This document shows, in pieces, positions 58,827 through 64,000 of a DNA stretch of 64,000 nt. Position numbers and translations under genes: made by a program. The DNA comes from the human T2T-CHM13v2.0 reference genome, Homo sapiens, in NCBI RefSeq assembly GCF_009914755.1, contig NC_060925.1. One strand, written 5' to 3'. The stretch's first letter is position 1. Each line of letters opens with the position of its first letter. The notes under the pieces are model-generated. The model made no database searches and had not been told where the DNA came from. It was given only the letters and a program-made list of their open reading frames with translations.

Positions 58827-61800
58827 GAATTCTCAGTAACTTCCTTGTGTTGTGTGTATTCAACTGACAGAGTTGAACTTTCATTTAGAGAGAGCAGATT
58901 TGAAACACTGTTTTTGTGGAATTTGCAAGTGGAGATTTCAAGCGCTTTGGGGCCAAAGGCAAAAAACGAAATATCTTCGTATAAAAACTAGACAGAATCA
59001 TTCTCAGAAACTGCTGCGTGATGTGTGCGTTCAACTCTCAGAGTTTAACTTTTCTTTTCACTCAGCGGTTTGGAAACACTCTGTTTGTAAAGTCTGCACG
59101 TGGACATTTTGACGACTTAGAGGCCTTCGTTGGAAACGGGTTTTTTTCATGTAAGGCTAGACAGAAGAATTCCCAGTAACTTCCTTGTGTTGTGTGCATT
59201 CAACTCACAGAGTTGAACGTTCCCTTAGACAGAACAGATTTGAAACACTCTATTTGTGCAATTTGCAAGTGTAGATTTCAAGCGCTTTAAGGTCAATGGC
59301 AGAAAAGGAAATATCTTCGTTTCAAAACTAGACAGAATCATTCCCACAAACTGCGTTGTGATGTGCTCGTTCAACTCACAGAGTTTAACCTTTCTGTTCA
59401 TAGAGCAGTTAGGAAACACTCTGTTTGTAAAGTCTGCAAGTGGATATTCAGACCTCCTTGAGGCATTCGTTGGAAACGGGATTTCTTCATATTCTGCTAG
59501 ACAGAAGAATTCTCAGTAACTTCCTTGTGTTGTGTGTATTCAACTCACAGAGTTGAACGATCCTTTACAGAGAGCAGACTTGAAACACTCTTTTTGTGGA
59601 ATTTGCAAGTGGAGATTTCAGCCGCTTTGAGGTCAATGGTAGAAGAGGAAATATCTTCCTATAGAAACTAGACAGAATGATTCTCATAAACTCCTTTGTG
59701 ATGTGTGCGTTCAACTCACAGAGTTTAACCTTTCTTTTCATAGAGCAGTTAGGAAACACTCTGTTTGTAAAGTCTGCAAGTGGATAGTCAGACCTCTTTG
59801 AGGCCTTCTTTGGAAACGGGATTTCTTCATATTCTGCTAGACAGAAGAATTCTCAGTAACTTCCTTGTGTTGTGTGTATTCAACTCACAGAGTTGAACGA
59901 TCCTTTACACAGAGCAGACTTGAAACACTCTTTTTGTGGAATTTGCAAGTGGAGATTTCAGCCGCTTTGAGGTCAATGGTAGAAAAGGAAATATCTTCGT
60001 ATAAAGACTAGACAGAATGATTCTCAGAAACTCCTTTGTGATGTGTGCGTTCAACTCACAGAGTTTAACCTTTCTTTTCATAGAGCAGTTAGGAAACACT
60101 CTGTTTGTAAAGTCTGCAAGTGGATATTCAGACCTCCTTGAGGCCTTCGTTGGAAACGGGATTTCTTCATATTCTGCTAGACAGAAGAATTCTCAGTAAC
60201 TTCCTTGTGTTGTGTGTATTCAACTCACAGAGTTGAACGATCCTTTACACAGAGCAGACTTGAAACACTCTTTTTGTGGAATTTGCAAGTGGAGATTTCA
60301 GCCGCTTTGAGGTCAATGGTAGAAAAGGAAATATCTTCGTATAAAGACTAGACAGAATGATTCTCAGAAACTCCTTTGTGATGTGTGCGTTCAACTCACA
60401 GAGTTTAACCTTTCTTTTCGTAGAGCAGGTAGGAAACACTCTGTTTGTAAAGTCTGCAAGTGGATATTCAGACCTCTTTGAGGCCTTCGTTGGAAACGGG
60501 ATTTCTTCATATTCTGCTAGACAGAATAATTCTCAGTAACTTCCTTGTGTTGTGTGTATTCAACTCACAGATTTGAACGATCCTTTACAGAGAGCAGACT
60601 TGAAACACTCTTTTTGTGGAATTTGCAAGTGGAGATTTCAGCCGCTTTGAGGTCAATAGTAGAAAAGGAAATATCTTCGTAGAAAAACTAGACAGAATGA
60701 TTCTCAGAAACTCCTTTGTGATGTGTGTGTTCAACTCACAGAGTTTAACCTTTCTTTTCATAGAGCAGTTAGTAAACACTCTGTTTATAAAGTCTGCAAG
60801 TGGATATTCAGACCCCTTTGAGGCCTTCGTTGGAAACGGGATTTCTTCATATTATGCTAGACAGAAGAATTCTCAGTAACTTCCTTGTGTTGTGTGTATT
60901 CAACTCACAGAGTTGAACTTTCATTTAGAGAGAGCAGATTTGAAACACTGTTTTTGTGGAATTTGCAAGTGGAGATTTCAAGCGCTTTGCGGCCAAAGGC
61001 AGAAAACGAAATATCTTCGTATAAAAACTAGACAGAATCATTCTCAGAAACTGCTGCGTGATGTGTGCGCTCAACTCTCAGAGTTTAACTTTTCTTTTCA
61101 TTCAGCTTTTTGGAAACACTCTGTTTGTAAAGTCTGCACGTGGACATTTTGACCACTTAGAGGCCTTCGTTGGAAACGGGTTTTTTTCATGTAAGGCTAG
61201 ACAGAAGATTTCCCAGTAACTTCCTTGTGTTGTGTGCATTCAACTCACAGAGTTGAACGTTCCGTTAGACAGAGCAGATTTGAAACACTCTATTTGTGCA
61301 ATTTGCAAGTGTAGATTTCAAGCGCTTTAAGGTCAATGGCAGAAAAGGAAATATCTTCGTTTCAAAACTAGACAGAATCATTCCCACAAACTGCGTTGTG
61401 AAGTGTTCGTTCAACTCACAGAGTTTAACCTTTCTGTTCATAGAGCAGTTAGGAAACACTCTGTTTGTAAAGTCTGTAAGTGGATATTCTGACATCTTGT
61501 GGCCTTCGTTGGAAACGGGATTTCTGCATATTCTGCTAGACAGAAGAATTCTCACTAACTTCCTTCTGCTGTGTGTATTCAACTCACAGAGTTGAACGAT
61601 CCTTTACACAGAGCAGACTTGAAACACTCTTTTTGTGGAATTTGCAAGTGGAGATTTCAGCCGCTTTGAGGTCAATGGTAGAAAAGGAAATATCTTCGTA
61701 TAGAAACAAGACAGAATGATTCTCAGAAACTCCTTTGTGATGTGTGCGTTCAACTCACAGAGTTTAACCTTTCTTTTCATAGAGCAGTTAGGAAACACAC

Positions 61801-64000
61801 TGTTTGTAAAGTCTGCAAGTGGATATTCAGACCTCCTTGAGGCCTTCTTTGGAAACGGGATTTCTTCATATTCTGCTAGACAGAAGAATTCTCAGTAACT
61901 TCCTTGTGTTGTGTGTATTCAACTCACAGAGTTGAACGATCCTTTACACAGAGCAGACTTGAAACACTCTTTTTGTGGAATTTGCAAGTGGAGATTTCAG
62001 CCGCTTTGAGGTCAATGGTAGAAAAGGAAATATCTTCGTATAAAGACTAGACAGAATGATTCTCAGAAACTCCTTTGTGATGTGTGCGTTCAACTCACAG
62101 AGTTTAACTTTTCTTTTCATTGAGCAGTTAGGAAACACTCTGTTTGTAAAGTCTTCAAGTGGATATTCAGACCTCTTTGAGGCCTTCGTTGGAAACGGGA
62201 TTTCTTCATATTCTGCTAGACAGAAGAATTCTCAGTAACTTCCTTGTGTTGTGTGTATTCAACTCACAGAGTTGAACGATCCTTTACAGAGAGCAGACTT
62301 GAAACACTCTTTTTGTGGAATTTGCAAGTGGAGATTTCAGCCGCTTTGAGGTCAATGGTAGAATAGGAAATATCTTCCTATAGAAACTAGACAGAATGAT
62401 TCTCATAAACTCCTTTGTGATGTCTGCGTTCAACTCACACAGTTTAACCTTTCTTTTCATAGAGCAGTTAGGAAACACTCTGTTTGTAAAGTCTGCAAGT
62501 GGATATTCAGACCTCTTTGAGGCCTTCGTTGGAAACGGGATTTCTTCATATTCTGCTAGACAGAAGAATTCTCAGTAACTTCCTTGTGTTGTGTGTATTC
62601 AACTCACAGAGTTGAACGATCCTTTACACAGAGCAGACTTGAAACACTCTTTTTGTGGAATTTGCAAGTGGAGATTTCAGCCGCTTTGAGGTCAATAGTA
62701 GAAAAGGAAATATCTTCGTAGAAAAACTAGACAGAATGATTCTCAGAAACTCCTTTGTGATGTGTGTGTTCAACTCACAGAGTTTAACCTTTCTTTTCAT
62801 AGAGCAGTTAGTAAACACTCTGTTTATAAAGTCTGCAAGTGGATATTCAGACCCCTTTGAGGCCTTCGTTGGAAACGGGATTTCTTCATATTATGCTAGA
62901 CAGAAGAATTCTCAGTAACTTCCTTGTGTTGTGTGTATTCAACTGACAGAGTTGAACTTTCATTTAGAGAGAGCAGATTTGAAACACTGTTTTTGTGGAA
63001 TTTGCAAGTGGAGATTTCAAGCGCTTTGGGGCCAAAGGCAGAAAAGGAAATATCTTCGTATAAAAACTAGACAGAATCATTCTCAGAAACTGCTGCGTGA
63101 TGTGTGCGTTCAACTCTCAGACTTTAACTTTTCTTTTCATTCAGCCGTTTGGAAACACTCTGTTTGTAAAGTCTGCACGTGGATATTTTGACCACTTAGA
63201 GGCCTTCGTTGGAAACGGCTTTTTTTCATGTAAGGCTAGACAGAAGAATTCCCAGTAACTTCCTTGTGTTGTGTGCATTCAACTCACAGAGTTGAACGTT
63301 CCCTTAGACAGAGCAGATTTGAAACACTCTATTTGTGCAATTTGCAAGTGCAGATTTCAAGAGCTTTAAGGTCAATGGCAGAAAAGGAAATATCTTCGTT
63401 TCAAAACTAGACAGAATCATTCCCACAAACTGCGTTGTGATGTGTTCGTTCAACTCACAGAGTTTAACCTTTCTGTTCATAGAGCAGTTAGGAAACACTC
63501 TGTTTGTAAAGTCTGTAAGTGGATATTCTGACATCTTGTGGCCTTCGTTGGAAACGGGATTTCTTCATATTCTGCTAGACAGAAGAATTCTCAGTAACTT
63601 CCTTGTGTTGTGTGTATTCAACTCACAGAGTTGAACGATCCTTTACACAGAGCGGACTTGAAACACTCTTTTTGTGGAATTTGCAAGTGGAGATTTCAGC
63701 CGCTTTGAGGTCAATGGTAGAAAAGGAAATATCTTCTTATACAGACTAGACAGAATGATTCTCAGAAACTCCTTTGTGATGTGTGCGTTCAACTCACAGA
63801 GTTTAACTTTTCTTTTCATAGAGCAGTTAGGAAACACTCTGTTTGTAAAGTCTGCAAGTGGATATTCAGACCTCCTTGAGGCCTTCGTTGGAAACGGGAT
63901 TTCTTCATATTATGCTAGACAGAAGAATTCTCAGTAACTTCCTTGTGTTGTGTGTATTCAACTCACAGAGTTGAACGATCCTTTACACAGAGCAGACTTG

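Larger units (their letters stand above)
1..64000 (+). repeat. Centromeric alpha satellite higher-order repeat array (SF1 dimeric family, consistent with D1Z7/D5Z2/D19Z3 = S1C1/5/19H1L), about 188 dimers of ~340 bp
   Basis: Tandem ~170 bp monomers carry the alphoid motifs ATTCTCAGAAACT..TTTGTGATGTGTG..TTCAACTCACAGAGTT and GAAACACTCT(T/G)TTTGT..TTTGCAAGTGGA. The ~340 bp periodicity is visible in the ORF track (95, 435, 775...). A CENP-B box occurs in every second monomer and an EcoRI site once per dimer. A 1.02 kb 6-mer plus dimer-expanded variants is the known organisation of the chr1/5/19 array. Alphoid identity is near certain; the family assignment is from recall. Confidence 0.97.

Noticed and set aside
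59461-59481. Apparent CENP-B box mutants at ~59465, ~3395, ~37734, ~51324 and ~55402
   Set aside because: The changes affect only the non-essential first or last box positions and leave the TTCG/A/CGGG core intact, so they were not counted as disrupted.
1082-62931. Idea that the series of HOR lengths is an encoded message or a new biological system
   Set aside because: The series is adequately explained by the duplications, deletions and hybrid junctions documented above, and nothing in the sequence indicates a readout mechanism.
95-63937. Hundreds of 60-154 aa ORFs on both strands (e.g. MFPNCSMKRK..., MILRNSFVMC..., MCIQLTELNF...)
   Set aside because: They recur with the 340-bp repeat period, overlap in several frames, often use non-ATG starts, and are opened or closed by random SNVs and indels. 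They are translations of satellite DNA, not genes.
1-64000. CRISPR-like regular repeats
   Set aside because: There are no unique spacers or cas genes. The whole unit is repeated, as expected for a eukaryotic satellite.
1-64000. Hidden insertion (L1, Alu, other satellite) or inversion
   Set aside because: All anchor spacings are whole multiples of ~340 bp within a few bases, every CENP-B box is on the + strand, and I saw no non-alphoid stretch, poly(A) tail or target-site duplication.
1-64000. Assignment to a specific chromosome (1, 5 or 19) or to the active kinetochore/CDR site
   Set aside because: The HOR family is shared by the three chromosomes and kinetochore position is epigenetic. This needs alignment plus methylation or CENP-A data.

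Overview
The whole 64 kb window is one uninterrupted, single-orientation array of primate (human-type) centromeric alpha satellite DNA. It is built from ~170 bp monomers paired into ~340 bp dimers. Each dimer has one CENP-B-box monomer, one A-type (pJalpha-like) monomer and usually one EcoRI site. This matches suprachromosomal family 1, most likely the live D1Z7/D5Z2/D19Z3 (S1C1/5/19H1L) higher-order repeat shared by chromosomes 1, 5 and 19; the chromosome cannot be resolved by eye. A diverged 4-monomer block (here dimers A+B) recurs 32 times, separated by 1-8 near-consensus dimers, giving 6- to 20-mer HOR variants (12-mer most common). I see no genes, RNA genes, transposon insertions, inversions or CRISPR, and every ORF in the track is a repeat artefact. 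I found no new gene system. What is worth a second look is the internal history of the array: an ordered set of dimer subtypes, haplotype domains that appear nested, recent tandem and dispersed duplications, hybrid dimers that mark crossovers, recurrent transversions in CENP-B-box CpGs, and a local substitution cluster near 13 kb. All counts were made by eye and should be confirmed computationally.
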